NCBI GenBank assembly: GCA_965228735.1
Contig: OZ245838.1
Span: 4,352,001-4,416,000 of the forward strand
Direction: 5' to 3'
DNA length: 64,000 bases
DNA from: Planctomycetota bacterium
Lineage (GTDB): Bacteria > Planctomycetota > UBA1135 > UBA2386
A program made the translations under genes and the position numbers. Below, one piece after another: positions 9,842-19,603 of this stretch (position 1 is the stretch's first letter; every line of letters begins with the position of its first letter). The notes under the pieces are model-generated. The model saw nothing but the letters and a program-made list of their open reading frames with translations. It had not been told where the DNA came from and searched no databases.

Positions 9842-11473
9842 TCAGCGCCGCCGTTCCGTCAGCGTGCACTCGGCAACCCAAGCATTGTGTTGCCCGGACC
9901 GCACGAGCCGGATCGGCACTTCTTCCCAACCGCGAACGTACACGTCCATAGTCGCCACGAGGTGACGCATCCAGAACGTGCAACCACCGCGGCTGTCACG
10001 CATCGCATCCGCCACGTAGCCGTTGCCGTCTCGGTAGAACAGGAACTGGCCGAAGGGCACTTCGGGCGCCCCGTCGATCTCGACGCGGTAACAGTGCACG
10101 CCTTCGCGCCACTTCATCTCGAAGACCGCATCGTCCGAGGTCGCCAGCTCGAAGGTCGTCTTCTCGAGAGCGGCGCTCCCTTCGACGACCGGACTGACCC
10201 GGTAGCGACCCAACGGCAGCTCGATCCGATCCCCGAGCCTCGCGCGGAGCCTCGACTTCGTCCCAATGCCCAGGACCGTCACTCGAAACCGCAGATCGTC
10301 GATCGGGTAGACGCCTTCCGGTGGCGGCAGCAACGTGACGAACGCCGTCTCGATCACGGGACCTTCGGCCTCGACCCGGATCTCGCGAGCCCCCTCGAAC
10401 TCGCTGAGACGTTCCAGCACCATCCGTTCCTCGCGCTCACCGCCCTGCCGCAACGCCACCTTCGCGATCGCGCTCCGCTCGCCCCAACGCACCGACGTCG
10501 GATCGGGCAAGAACAGCGCGCCTGTGACGTGCTTGCCGTCGCCGATCAGCGCCTCCCGCAGTTCGGCCAGCCGCGTGAGGCTCGCCGGGCGCATCGAATG
10601 CGGTGGCAGGGCGCCGCCAGCGCGCACGCGTTGCGTGACAATCTCGGTTCCGACGAATCGGATCGCACCGACCGCGGGTGTTTGAACGCGGATACGAGCC
10701 GTCCCGCCAACGCCGAGCCCCATGGTCCGGGGCTCGTCCCGCGCAACGAGGTAGTGCGGATGATCGACTTCGAAGTGCCATGCCTCGACGCCCGCGGGCA
10801 CTGCGACGACGCCGCGGCCATCGTCGTCCGATTTGCTCGCATAGATCGCGTTCGCGGAATCGGGGCCCGGCACTGCGCCTCCGGGTGGATACGTGCGGAT
10901 CAGCTTCTGTGACACACAGAGCCGCGCGTTCGCGATCGGCTCGAGGGTCTCGGTGTCGAAGACGAAGAACGCAGCGTTGTCGTACGGCGTGAGCTCGACG
11001 GTATGGCGTTGCCCTCGGTCGGGAGCGTGCAGCTCGACCGTCGCGTAGCCGTCGGCACCAACGAGTACAGTGCCGGTGTCCGCCGGCAGCATCGCAACAT
11101 CGAGGCCCAGCCAGCCGTCCTCGTTCACCGACGCAGCCGCGCGCTCGGCAACCCGGCCCTCCGCAGCAGCGACACCGATCGAAGCGGCGTGGATCGACTC
11201 CCCGGATGGATCGACTGCCATGACCCATAGTCGCCCATCGGGAACCCACCGGGGCTTCGCCCGCTCGACGGTCACGGGGTCGGCTTCGGTCGCCACGAGG
11301 ACGGAGCTGTCAGGGGCGGCCGACTTGGCAGTCGAGCGATCGCGGGCGAGGTCGCGGCGTGTCTCGCCCACGGCGTGGGGAGCCTTCTCGGGGTCGGTGA
11401 GGAGCAGCAGGAAAGCGGCGCAGCAGACGACCAGGATCGCGCTCAGAACGAGGTTCTTTCGTTGCCTCGACAT
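9842..11473 (-). CDS. Membrane-anchored hypothetical protein with carboxypeptidase-regulatory-like domains
   Basis: N-terminal TM segment (NLVLSAILVVCCAAFLLLL) and motifs 'VFDTETLEPIANARL', 'SDDDGRG', 'VDHPHY'. Confidence 0.7.
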   Translation of the reverse strand: MSRQRKNLVLSAILVVCCAAFLLLLTDPEKAPHAVGETRRDLARDRSTAKSAAPDSSVLVATEADPVTVERAKPRWVPDGRLWVMAVDPSGESIHAASIGVAAAEGRVAERAAASVNEDGWLGLDVAMLPADTGTVLVGADGYATVELHAPDRGQRHTVELTPYDNAAFFVFDTETLEPIANARLCVSQKLIRTYPPGGAVPGPDSANAIYASKSDDDGRGVVAVPAGVEAWHFEVDHPHYLVARDEPRTMGLGVGGTARIRVQTPAVGAIRFVGTEIVTQRVRAGGALPPHSMRPASLTRLAELREALIGDGKHVTGALFLPDPTSVRWGERSAIAKVALRQGGEREERMVLERLSEFEGAREIRVEAEGPVIETAFVTLLPPPEGVYPIDDLRFRVTVLGIGTKSRLRARLGDRIELPLGRYRVSPVVEGSAALEKTTFELATSDDAVFEMKWREGVHCYRVEIDGAPEVPFGQFLFYRDGNGYVADAMRDSRGGCTFWMRHLVATMDVYVRGWEEVPIRLVRSGQHNAWVAECTLTERRR

Positions 11474-11491
11474 TGGACTGGTCTCCAACTC

Positions 11492-12763
11492 CTACTGAAT
11501 GGTCAGCAACGCCGTATTGCTCGCATAGAGCGCTCCAGCACCAGCGGTATCCAAAGTGACCGACTGGGCCGCCAATCGCACACCGCTCAAACCCGGGTTG
11601 TTCGGAACCGGGATGTCGAGCACCGCCTCGCCGTTGGCGTTGTTGTGGGTCACCCACACGCTGTTCCACGCCCTGGCAGCGTCGATCCCGACCAATCCCT
11701 GAAGGGGGGCGAGCGCGGCACCACTCGCCAAGAACTGCGGGCTGGCCACGCAGAGGGATCGCCGCGGCGTTGCCGACGTGATCGGTGGCGCGAACATCCG
11801 CACCTGCATCGTGCCCCCGACCGGGGCGCTGCCGCCCGTCGTCCAGTACGAATCCACCGCCCGCAGCCTGGTGAGCGCGCTCGGATTGTTTTGATCCCAT
11901 TCGCTGAAGAACACCCGTCCTCCGGCGACTCCAGACATGTCGGTCTGAGTCACGGTGTCCGACACCCGAATCGATGGCGTCAACGGATCGAGGTCAAGAG
12001 CGATGTAGCGATCTGTTTCCGACCCAGCGCCGAGGTAGCCGAGGACGCTGTGAAAGACGCCGAGAATCTCGCCGCTCGCGTCTTCGATGGGAACCGGGTT
12101 CGTCGCCCGAACGGGAGCCGGCATGTCAACGATGACAGTCGGCGGGCCCAACGCAGTCGTGATTGTCGCGTCGAACGGGACCAGCGCGATGTCCCAGCTT
12201 GGCTGGATGTAGACCAGATGAAGTTGCCCGTTCCGATCCGTAAGCGCTGACCGCCAGGTCTTGTGCCCCCCGCAGCATGGCAAGCCCCAGACCGATCCGG
12301 CGACCTGCCACGGCGAACTCAACGTGGGCCGCGTCGCGAACTGCGGCGGCGAATACTGCAAGTACAGCGGGCGTTCGAAGACAGCCATGAGACCACTGTG
12401 GTGCAGCTTCATGAAACCCTCGGGTCCCGTCGTGTTCAGCGCCGCCGCATCGCTGTTGGCAGTGAACGTGTCGGTCGCGATGTCGTAGCGCCCACAGAGC
12501 AGATCCCAACTGCCGGCGCCCCCGGCCCCCGCCCCCAAACCCTGCACCATGATCGCGCAGTAAAACTCCGATTCGGGGCTGCCGGACAAGTGCACCATGT
12601 GCATCGCTCCCACTGCCGCGACCCCGAGCGTTGTCGCGTTCAACCCGAGCGGGGAACTCGGCGCTGCGGGCTCGAACGGGCCGACGGTGCCCTGTGAGCG
12701 CACGTTCAGCGCCAGGCTGAGCCCGACGGTGATTACGACAACGGCTGTGGGCCTCGTGTTCAT
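11492..12763 (-). CDS. Secreted hypothetical protein ending in the shared C-terminal domain
   Basis: Signal peptide MNTRPTAVVVITVGLSLALNVRSQ. C-terminus IPVPNNPGLSGVRLAAQ...ASNTALLTIQ. Confidence 0.8.
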   Translation of the reverse strand: MNTRPTAVVVITVGLSLALNVRSQGTVGPFEPAAPSSPLGLNATTLGVAAVGAMHMVHLSGSPESEFYCAIMVQGLGAGAGGAGSWDLLCGRYDIATDTFTANSDAAALNTTGPEGFMKLHHSGLMAVFERPLYLQYSPPQFATRPTLSSPWQVAGSVWGLPCCGGHKTWRSALTDRNGQLHLVYIQPSWDIALVPFDATITTALGPPTVIVDMPAPVRATNPVPIEDASGEILGVFHSVLGYLGAGSETDRYIALDLDPLTPSIRVSDTVTQTDMSGVAGGRVFFSEWDQNNPSALTRLRAVDSYWTTGGSAPVGGTMQVRMFAPPITSATPRRSLCVASPQFLASGAALAPLQGLVGIDAARAWNSVWVTHNNANGEAVLDIPVPNNPGLSGVRLAAQSVTLDTAGAGALYASNTALLTIQ

Positions 12764-12929
12764 GACGACTCGCAGGAAGCGATGCTCCCCCTCGATCCCA
12801 TGGTGAAGCGCGGGAACGGGTCCGGTCAAGCCCACGCGGTCGGCAGCAACCGCGCAGGAGAGCATTCCCACCGCAAACCGCAGCGGCACGCCAGCTGCCC
12901 CACCGCCAAGGGTATGATCGCCCGCCGCC

Positions 12930-14822
12930 ATGCGAACCGCCCTCCCACTCGCAGCGGCACTTGCCGCCACCGTTCTGCTGCCGGCGCAGCGGGACGTTCA
13001 TCCCGATGAGCTGAAGCTCAAGCCCGACATCGACAAGGCGATCGCCAAGGGGGTCAAGCACCTCATCGATACGCAGTATCGCGACGGCACGTGGGGGCAG
13101 TGGGGGCACTATCGCGGTGGCAAGACGGCGCTCGTCACCTATGCGTTGCTGAAGAGTGGGGTCGATGTCGACCATCCCGCGGTGCAGCGCGCGTTCTTGT
13201 ATCTCGACGACGTGATCCCGGCCGAGACCTACACGCTCGGCTGCATGATACTGTGTTACGCCGCCGCCGGGCGCGTGACGCTCGGCGAACGGCTCGAGGA
13301 GTGGACGGAGCTGCTGCTCGACTGGCAGCGCACGGGCGACTGGGCGTATCCGGGCGGCAACGCGGATCTGTCCAACACGCAGTACGCCGCGCTCGGCATG
13401 TGGGTCGCGCAGAAACACGGCATCGAGGTGCCGCGCAAGGCGTGGACCGACCTCGCGGCGGCGACGTTGCGTTACGCGGAGAAGGCGACCAGGGTCGAGG
13501 TCGAGACGAGCGGCAAGGGCACGGTGCGGAACGGCGGCATGGTCGAGATCGCGGGTTTCGGTTACCGGAAAGGGCAGAAGGCCACCGGCTCGATGACGAC
13601 GGCTGGAATCTCGACGTTGGCGATCTGCAAGATCGGGCTCGGCAGTCGCGCGGGCAAGCTGCGACGCGAGGCCGATCGGGCGATCGACGCCGGCATCGAG
13701 TGGCTGGGGCACCACTTCTCGGTCGAGAAGAACCCCAACAAGGGCGACTGGCACTACTACTACCTCTACGGCATGGAGCGCACGGGTTCGCTCACGCGGC
13801 GCGAGCAGTTCGGCAGTCACTGGTGGTACATCGAAGGCGCGCGCGAGCTGCTGAAGAAGCAGAACAAGGACCAGGGGCACTGGGGTGGCGGCGCGCAGAA
13901 GAAGGCGGTGCGGGCCGCGTTCGCCCTGTTGTTCTTGCGGCGGGCGACGGCGCAGGAGGCCGCGACGACCGGGGAGGGTCAGGCGACGGACGTCGTGAGC
14001 CACATCTTCGAGGGTGGCTCGGAAAAGGATGATGTCACGGTCGGGGGCGCGGGCCAGCAACCGCTCGCGGTCTGGGTGCCGGGCTTCGGCAAGGAGCTGC
14101 AGAAGCGGCACGAGAAGTTCGGGCTGCGCGTCGTCAAGGTCGAGTACTACGAAGGTGACGACGTCCTCGGCCAGGTCGCGGGCGATCCGACGAAGGCGTG
14201 GCAGAGCGACGCGTATCTCTACCGCGTGCCAGCGCTGGCGCGCGGGGAACATGAGATCCACGCCCGCGTCGAGCTGCTCGCGCCCGACGCGATGCCCGGC
14301 GAGGACGACGTCGAGGTCGAGACCGAGGAGGTGCGATCACCGCCGATGAAGGTCGTGATCCGCGACGTGTTCGCGCCGTGGATGGCGCAGGCCGCGCGCG
14401 CCGCGAAGAGCAACCTCGTCGCCCTCGCCGAGCCGGTCGCGGAGGCCAGCAGCACGGGCAAGACCGCGAAGCACGCGTGTGACGGCAAGGAGAACTCGCA
14501 CTGGGTGTGCAGCAAGGACGACAAGGCCCCGCGCATCTCCGTTCGCCTCGGCGGCTCGGTTCGCGCGAGTCAGCTGCTGCTGAGCCAGGCCGGCTCGTGC
14601 GCGACGGATATCGGCATCTACGACCGGATCACGGCGATCGAGGTCGCGATCAACCGCGGCACGCCGATCCGCGTCGAGATGGATCCGGACCAGCTCGCGG
14701 TCACGTCGATCCCGTTCGAGAAGAAGCGCCGCGTGCGTCAGATCGAGATCCGCATTCTCGACCGCGTGCCAGGCAAACGCGCGGGTCAGGCAGGGTTCAC
14801 CGAGATCGCGCTGATCGAGTGA
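12930..14822 (+). CDS. Exported prenyltransferase/squalene-cyclase-repeat (alpha/alpha barrel) protein with C-terminal discoidin-like domain
   Basis: Signal peptide, QW-type repeats ('QYRDGTW', 'QRTGDWAY', 'QNKDQGHW'), 'DLSNTQYAALG' and 'YYYLYGMER'. C-terminal 'ASS...ACDG..NSHW' resembles F5/8 domains. Confidence 0.75.
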   Translation: MRTALPLAAALAATVLLPAQRDVHPDELKLKPDIDKAIAKGVKHLIDTQYRDGTWGQWGHYRGGKTALVTYALLKSGVDVDHPAVQRAFLYLDDVIPAETYTLGCMILCYAAAGRVTLGERLEEWTELLLDWQRTGDWAYPGGNADLSNTQYAALGMWVAQKHGIEVPRKAWTDLAAATLRYAEKATRVEVETSGKGTVRNGGMVEIAGFGYRKGQKATGSMTTAGISTLAICKIGLGSRAGKLRREADRAIDAGIEWLGHHFSVEKNPNKGDWHYYYLYGMERTGSLTRREQFGSHWWYIEGARELLKKQNKDQGHWGGGAQKKAVRAAFALLFLRRATAQEAATTGEGQATDVVSHIFEGGSEKDDVTVGGAGQQPLAVWVPGFGKELQKRHEKFGLRVVKVEYYEGDDVLGQVAGDPTKAWQSDAYLYRVPALARGEHEIHARVELLAPDAMPGEDDVEVETEEVRSPPMKVVIRDVFAPWMAQAARAAKSNLVALAEPVAEASSTGKTAKHACDGKENSHWVCSKDDKAPRISVRLGGSVRASQLLLSQAGSCATDIGIYDRITAIEVAINRGTPIRVEMDPDQLAVTSIPFEKKRRVRQIEIRILDRVPGKRAGQAGFTEIALIE

Positions 14823-14837
14823 CGCTACGGCGCCTTG

Positions 14838-14889
14838 CGTACGGTACACGGTTCACGCCGGCGTGCCGGCGTGAACCAGGTTCCGTACG
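14838..14889. repeat. REP-like palindrome, copy 2
   Basis: CGTACGGTACACGGTTCACGCCGGC-gt-GCCGGCGTGAACCAGGTTCCGTACG between convergent genes. Confidence 0.85.
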
Positions 14890-14895
14890 GCGTGG

Positions 14896-15537
14896 TTACT
14901 TCGGGGTGACTCGGAGGTTGCGGAACTCGCCGGTGTCGTCGAAGGAGCCGACGCCGATGCGGCCCTTGCCGAGCGGGGCCTTGGCGGTGATGACGCGTTC
15001 GCCGTCGAAGAAGACTTCGACGTGTTCACCGCGGCGCGTGAGCTTGAGACTGTGCCAGGTGTCGCCCCAATCGACGCCCTCGGTGCGCTCGGTCGTCACC
15101 GGGCGCCGCGGCGCGCCGTCGACGAGCATCACGTGGTGTGCGTTGGGGTCCGCCTTGGCCGCGAGGTGGGCGTAGAGGTAGTGCGCCGGGTCGCGGTAGC
15201 CGAAGATCAGGCAAAGGTCGAGGTGGCCGTAGTACTCCTTGGTCGACTTCGCCTCGACCTCGAGGTCGAAGTCCTGCAGCTCGATGCCCTGCGCCAGCGC
15301 GAGGGAGTGTGGCGAGCGATGCGGCGGCTGGTAGTCGGCGCGCTTCTCGAGAACGAGCAGCGGGGTGCCGGTGCCGGCCTCCTTGCACCACTCCCACGCG
15401 TCGTCGTCGCTGTAGTCCCAGCCCGACGCTTCGTCGAACGTCGTCGCCCCGCCGAGCCCCGCGCAGGCGCTCACGCCGACGACGACCGGAAGCGCTGCCA
15501 GCGCGACTGCCTTGATCCACCTGTTCGAGTTCGTCAT
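14896..15537 (-). CDS. Lipoprotein with concanavalin-like (DUF1080/family-16-like) domain
   Basis: Lipobox VGVSA-C and motifs 'DFDLEVE', 'WHSLKLTR...VFFDG', 'GRIGVGSFDD..EFRNLRV'. Confidence 0.7.
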   Translation of the reverse strand: MTNSNRWIKAVALAALPVVVGVSACAGLGGATTFDEASGWDYSDDDAWEWCKEAGTGTPLLVLEKRADYQPPHRSPHSLALAQGIELQDFDLEVEAKSTKEYYGHLDLCLIFGYRDPAHYLYAHLAAKADPNAHHVMLVDGAPRRPVTTERTEGVDWGDTWHSLKLTRRGEHVEVFFDGERVITAKAPLGKGRIGVGSFDDTGEFRNLRVTPK

Positions 15538-16472
15538 GCGTTCTCCAACCATCGAAAGTCCGTGTTGCCGCCGCTGATCACGACGCCGACGCGCTTGCCC
15601 GCGAGCTCCGGCGCGAGGCGACGAAGTGCGGCGAGCACCGTCGCGCCACTCGGTTCGACGACGAGCTTCATCCGTTCGAGGAAGAAGCGCGCGGCCTGCG
15701 CGATGTCGGCCTCCTCGACCGTCTGCACGCGCACGCCGTGCTGCTGCATGAGCTCGAAGTTGATCGCGCCGAGGCCGGTGAGCAGGCCGTCGGCCCACGT
15801 CGTCGGATCGGGCACGCCGGGCTGCCGCACGCCGGTCGCCATCGAACGCGCGGCGTCATCGACGGCGAGCGGCTCGGCCGCGATCACGGCAGCGTCGGGC
15901 CGCATCGCCGCGACGGTCACGGCGGTGCCGGCACACAGGCCGCCGCCGCCGACCGGCACCATGACGACATCGAGATCGGGCACGTCCTCGAGCAGTTCGA
16001 GCGCCGCCGTCCCCTGGCCCGCGATCACGTGCGGGTTCTCGAACGGGTGGATCATCGTCGCGCCGCGCTCGTCCTGCACGCGCTGACACGTCGCCTCGCG
16101 CTCGCTCCGCTCACAGAACACGATCTCCGCGCCGTAGCCGCGGACGGCATCGACCTTCACCCGCGGCGCGTTCTCGGGCATCACGACGATCGCCGGGATG
16201 CCGCGGCTCCTCGCCGCGTAGGCGAGCGCCGCCGCGTGATTGCCGCTGCTGTGCGCCGTGACACCGCGCTCGGCCTCGGCGTCACTCAGCGCCGCGACCG
16301 CGTTGCACGCGCCGCGCGCCTTGAACGCGCCGACCTTCTGCAGGTTCTCGCACTTGCAGAAGACCTCTGCCGAGAGCTCGCGGTCGAGCGTCGCGGATGT
16401 CACGACCGGGGTGCGGTGCACGCGACCCCGGATGCGCGCTGCTGCGGCCTGAACGTCCGAGAACTCGACCAT
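15534..16472 (-). CDS. PLP-dependent threonine/serine dehydratase (serine racemase family)
   Basis: 'KCENLQKVGAFKARGA', 'SSGNHA', 'PVGGGGL', 'VEPSGA', 'SGGN'. Confidence 0.93.
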   Translation of the reverse strand: MVEFSDVQAAAARIRGRVHRTPVVTSATLDRELSAEVFCKCENLQKVGAFKARGACNAVAALSDAEAERGVTAHSSGNHAAALAYAARSRGIPAIVVMPENAPRVKVDAVRGYGAEIVFCERSEREATCQRVQDERGATMIHPFENPHVIAGQGTAALELLEDVPDLDVVMVPVGGGGLCAGTAVTVAAMRPDAAVIAAEPLAVDDAARSMATGVRQPGVPDPTTWADGLLTGLGAINFELMQQHGVRVQTVEEADIAQAARFFLERMKLVVEPSGATVLAALRRLAPELAGKRVGVVISGGNTDFRWLENA

Positions 16473-16493
16473 GGCGCGCGCGGCCCGACCGGA

Positions 16494-18623
16494 CTACTGC
16501 GGCGAGACCTTGAGCTTGCCGCTCTTGCGCTCGACGTCGTAGATCTTGTTGCCGAGCGGCATGCCCTGCAGCTTGAAGTCGATCGAGTCGCCGATCTGGT
16601 CGTCCTGCACCTCGCCGTAGCGGACGGCGAAGCCGCACGCGATGCGGAAGATGTTGTCGAGCATGAACGCGTTGAGCGACAGGTCGATGCCGCGGTAACG
16701 CGAACCGAGCCCGGTCTCCGGGTTGAAGTGCTCGAGCGAGTTGGGGAACTCGGTGTTCTCGAGCTCGCCGCTCATCATCGTGACCGTGCGCTGCAGCAGC
16801 TGATTGGCGAGCCGCACCGCGCGCTTGTTGCCGCGCTCGGCCCAGTAGGTCAGACCCTCGAGGATGTGGCAGTTGACGCCCGGCCAGGTGCGACCGTTCC
16901 ACGGCGCTTCCTTGCGCGTGTCCTTCCAACGCCCCGCGGGCTCGAACGTCGAATCGCTCATCGCGATGCTCGGCACCGGGTACTTCGCCCAGAACTCCTG
17001 CCGACTCGCGAGCTGCTCGATCATCTTGTCGACCTGCTTGCTGTTCGGGATGTCCGTCGCGAGCGGGTAGAAGCCGACCGCCGCCTTGACGTTGGTCTTG
17101 CGGCGGTTCTTCGGATCGAGATCCATGAACATGCCGGACTTCTCGTCCCACATCTTGCGACGGATCGTGTCCAGGATGACCTCGACCTCCGCGTGGAAGC
17201 GGTTGGCCATCGCCTTCTCCTGGATCTCCTCGGCGACCGCGTGCAGCCACTTCACGAGGCGGTAGCGGAACACCGACGCGTCGATGCCCTTGAGCCGGAA
17301 CTGCTCCTCGAACTCGACCGCGCGATCGTGCTTGCTGTCGACGATCGCGTAGCGCCGCGAGAACTCCTGCCGCGCCTCGAAGTGGTTGACGATGTCGGTC
17401 AGGCCGCTGCCTTCCGGATCGCGGTTGTTGCCGATCCACTTGACGTAGCGCTGCATCGCCGCGAGCACGGCCTTCTTCGTCGCCTTGTCGGGGTGGATCG
17501 CATCGAGCGCCTCGAAGCCACCGCCCCAGTCGGCGTGGAAGAAGTCGGCCGAGTCGAGCCCGCCGAGCTGCACGCGACCGGGCACCTGGCCGCTGTGCAT
17601 GATGTTCTCGAAGAACAGCTTGAGGTTGCCGCGCGCGAGCGTCGGGTCCTGCAGCCAGCGCGCTTCACGGATCGCGGCGGGCGCCGAGAACGACGTCGGG
17701 AAGTGCTGCGGGCCGTTGCCCTCGCAGATCGCGGGCGAGCTGAACTTGCCGGCGCCATGCGGCTGCCGCAGCAGGTAGAGCAGCTCGAAGCGGCTCTTCA
17801 CGACGCGCTCGAGCGCCTTGTCCTCGCACTTGAACGTCGGGACCGTGCTCCAGAACGCGTGGTAGCCGTTCTCGTCCTTGCTGTCCGGGCGACGCGGCCG
17901 GTAGTTGATCTTCTTGGCCTTGAACGCGACGTTGGCCTCGAAGCGCTGCTCGCTCTTGCCGTTGCCCTTGAACGTGATCGTGCGGAACAGCCCGCAGTAG
18001 ACGCGCGACTCCGCGATGATCGGGCTCGGCTTCTCCATCGGCCGCTTCGCGCGCGGCGTCGGCAGAGCGTGCATGTCGTACCACGGCGTCTCCTCGAAGT
18101 CGGGGCGATCGCTGCCGCCCTCGCAGAAGAAGCCCTGCAGGCAACGCGCGCCCTTCGGCCCGGGGTTGCTGAAGATGATTTCGCACGGCACGTCGGAGCC
18201 GACGCCGGGGAACGCGCGCTTGATGCGGAAGCTATCGCCCTCGAGCGAGACCGGTTCGCCCTCGGGGTCGGTCGTCGTCCACAGCACGCAGGAGAGCTCG
18301 CGCTCCTTCTTCGTCGAGTTGTGCAGCAGCAGCTCGGACACGAAGCGATCGTCCTGCGTGACGAAGCGGTGCTCGGTGACCTTCAGTCCGCCGGCCTCTT
18401 CATAGGTCAGGATCGCCTTGCCGTCCTTCTCCTCGATCTTGGTGCAGTTCAGGGTCAGCGGGATGCCGTCCTCGATCACCGCGAGGAAGAACACCGACGG
18501 CAGCATCGCGTTGGCGATGCACGCTTCGTCCGCGAAACCCGGCGACTCGAAGAAGCGCGGGTAGCGCGGCGCGTAGAGGCAGTAGCCGCCGCCAGCGAGG
18601 GCGATCTTTTTGTTCTGATTCAT
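16494..18623 (-). CDS. MGH1/GH63-like (alpha/alpha)6 glycoside hydrolase
   Basis: C-terminal 'MWDEKSGMFMD', 'GFYPL', 'YPVPS', 'WNGRTWP..N', 'EHFNPETG'. No signal peptide. Confidence 0.7.
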   Translation of the reverse strand: MNQNKKIALAGGGYCLYAPRYPRFFESPGFADEACIANAMLPSVFFLAVIEDGIPLTLNCTKIEEKDGKAILTYEEAGGLKVTEHRFVTQDDRFVSELLLHNSTKKERELSCVLWTTTDPEGEPVSLEGDSFRIKRAFPGVGSDVPCEIIFSNPGPKGARCLQGFFCEGGSDRPDFEETPWYDMHALPTPRAKRPMEKPSPIIAESRVYCGLFRTITFKGNGKSEQRFEANVAFKAKKINYRPRRPDSKDENGYHAFWSTVPTFKCEDKALERVVKSRFELLYLLRQPHGAGKFSSPAICEGNGPQHFPTSFSAPAAIREARWLQDPTLARGNLKLFFENIMHSGQVPGRVQLGGLDSADFFHADWGGGFEALDAIHPDKATKKAVLAAMQRYVKWIGNNRDPEGSGLTDIVNHFEARQEFSRRYAIVDSKHDRAVEFEEQFRLKGIDASVFRYRLVKWLHAVAEEIQEKAMANRFHAEVEVILDTIRRKMWDEKSGMFMDLDPKNRRKTNVKAAVGFYPLATDIPNSKQVDKMIEQLASRQEFWAKYPVPSIAMSDSTFEPAGRWKDTRKEAPWNGRTWPGVNCHILEGLTYWAERGNKRAVRLANQLLQRTVTMMSGELENTEFPNSLEHFNPETGLGSRYRGIDLSLNAFMLDNIFRIACGFAVRYGEVQDDQIGDSIDFKLQGMPLGNKIYDVERKSGKLKVSPQ

Positions 18624-18836
18624 TCCGTGATCCCGAAGCGAAAGTGGCCGGTTCCCGGTGCTCGGCACGTGGGCGGCCAGGGGGCCTGCGCCTGCGCGTC
18701 CGGCTCGATCGCGTTAGTCACTGATGCGGTAACCACTTGCGTGGCGTCATTGGGCCTGGGCAGGCCGCTGGCGAGTCCGATGCCACCGGATTTTCAACGG
18801 GTATGTGACCGCATCTTGGTCGCCTTCCCTTGACAG

Positions 18837-19547
18837 TCAAGAGGTTTCCTGACAGGCGGACTCGCCCGCGGATTCGGCACGCAGGCGCTGCAACACGGCC
18901 TCGAGCTCGTCCGGCAACGGGTCGACGAGCTCGAGCGGCTCGCCCGTCGTCGGATGGCGCATGCTCACGCGCTCGAGGTGGAGAAACAGCCGAGGCAGCC
19001 CGTATTTCTCGCGAAACAGCGCGTTCATCCGGCCCTTCCCGTGCGTCGTGTCCCCGAGGATATGGCGCCCGCAGTGATTGGCGTGGCGCCGGATCTGGTG
19101 ATAGCGGCCCGTGTGGATCCGGCAGCGCACGAGCGCACAGCCGCGGAACGTTTCGAGCATCGCGAAGTCGGTGCGCGCCGCCTGCGGGCGGTCGTCGTCG
19201 GTGTGCAGCGTCTGCTCACACGTCCATTCGTCACCGAGCTGCCCGAGCGTGCCGCGGCTGCCGGGCCAGCGCATGAGCGCGAGGTATTCCTTCACCGCGG
19301 CTGCGTCCGACAGCGACGCCTGCAACCCGGCTGCGGCGGCCGACGACAGACCGAAGATCAGGATCCCCGACGACGGCCGATCGAGCCGATGGAACGGCCA
19401 CAGCTTGCGCCCGAGCTGATCGCGCACGATCTGCAGCGCGGCCGGCGCGTCGGGGTGATGCTCGTCGCGGTGCACGAGGAGGCCGCCCGGCTTGCTCACC
19501 GCGACGAGGTCGTCGTCGAGGTGCAGAACCCTCAGGGACTCCGTCAC
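18837..19547 (-). CDS. RNA pseudouridine synthase, RluA/TruC family
   Basis: 'KPGGLLVH', catalytic 'HRLDRPSSG', 'TGRYHQIRRH', 'ILGDTTHG', 'RLFLH'. Confidence 0.92.
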   Translation of the reverse strand: MTESLRVLHLDDDLVAVSKPGGLLVHRDEHHPDAPAALQIVRDQLGRKLWPFHRLDRPSSGILIFGLSSAAAAGLQASLSDAAAVKEYLALMRWPGSRGTLGQLGDEWTCEQTLHTDDDRPQAARTDFAMLETFRGCALVRCRIHTGRYHQIRRHANHCGRHILGDTTHGKGRMNALFREKYGLPRLFLHLERVSMRHPTTGEPLELVDPLPDELEAVLQRLRAESAGESACQETS

Positions 19548-19603
19548 GGCGTCTTTGCTGCCCCGTTCTTTGAGCCGGTCATCGCTTCGGTTCTAACACG
19601 GCG

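Noticed and set aside
12930..14822. Squalene-hopene cyclase
   Set aside because: It lacks the DxDD motif and two-barrel length, and it has a signal peptide. Only the repeat fold is shared.
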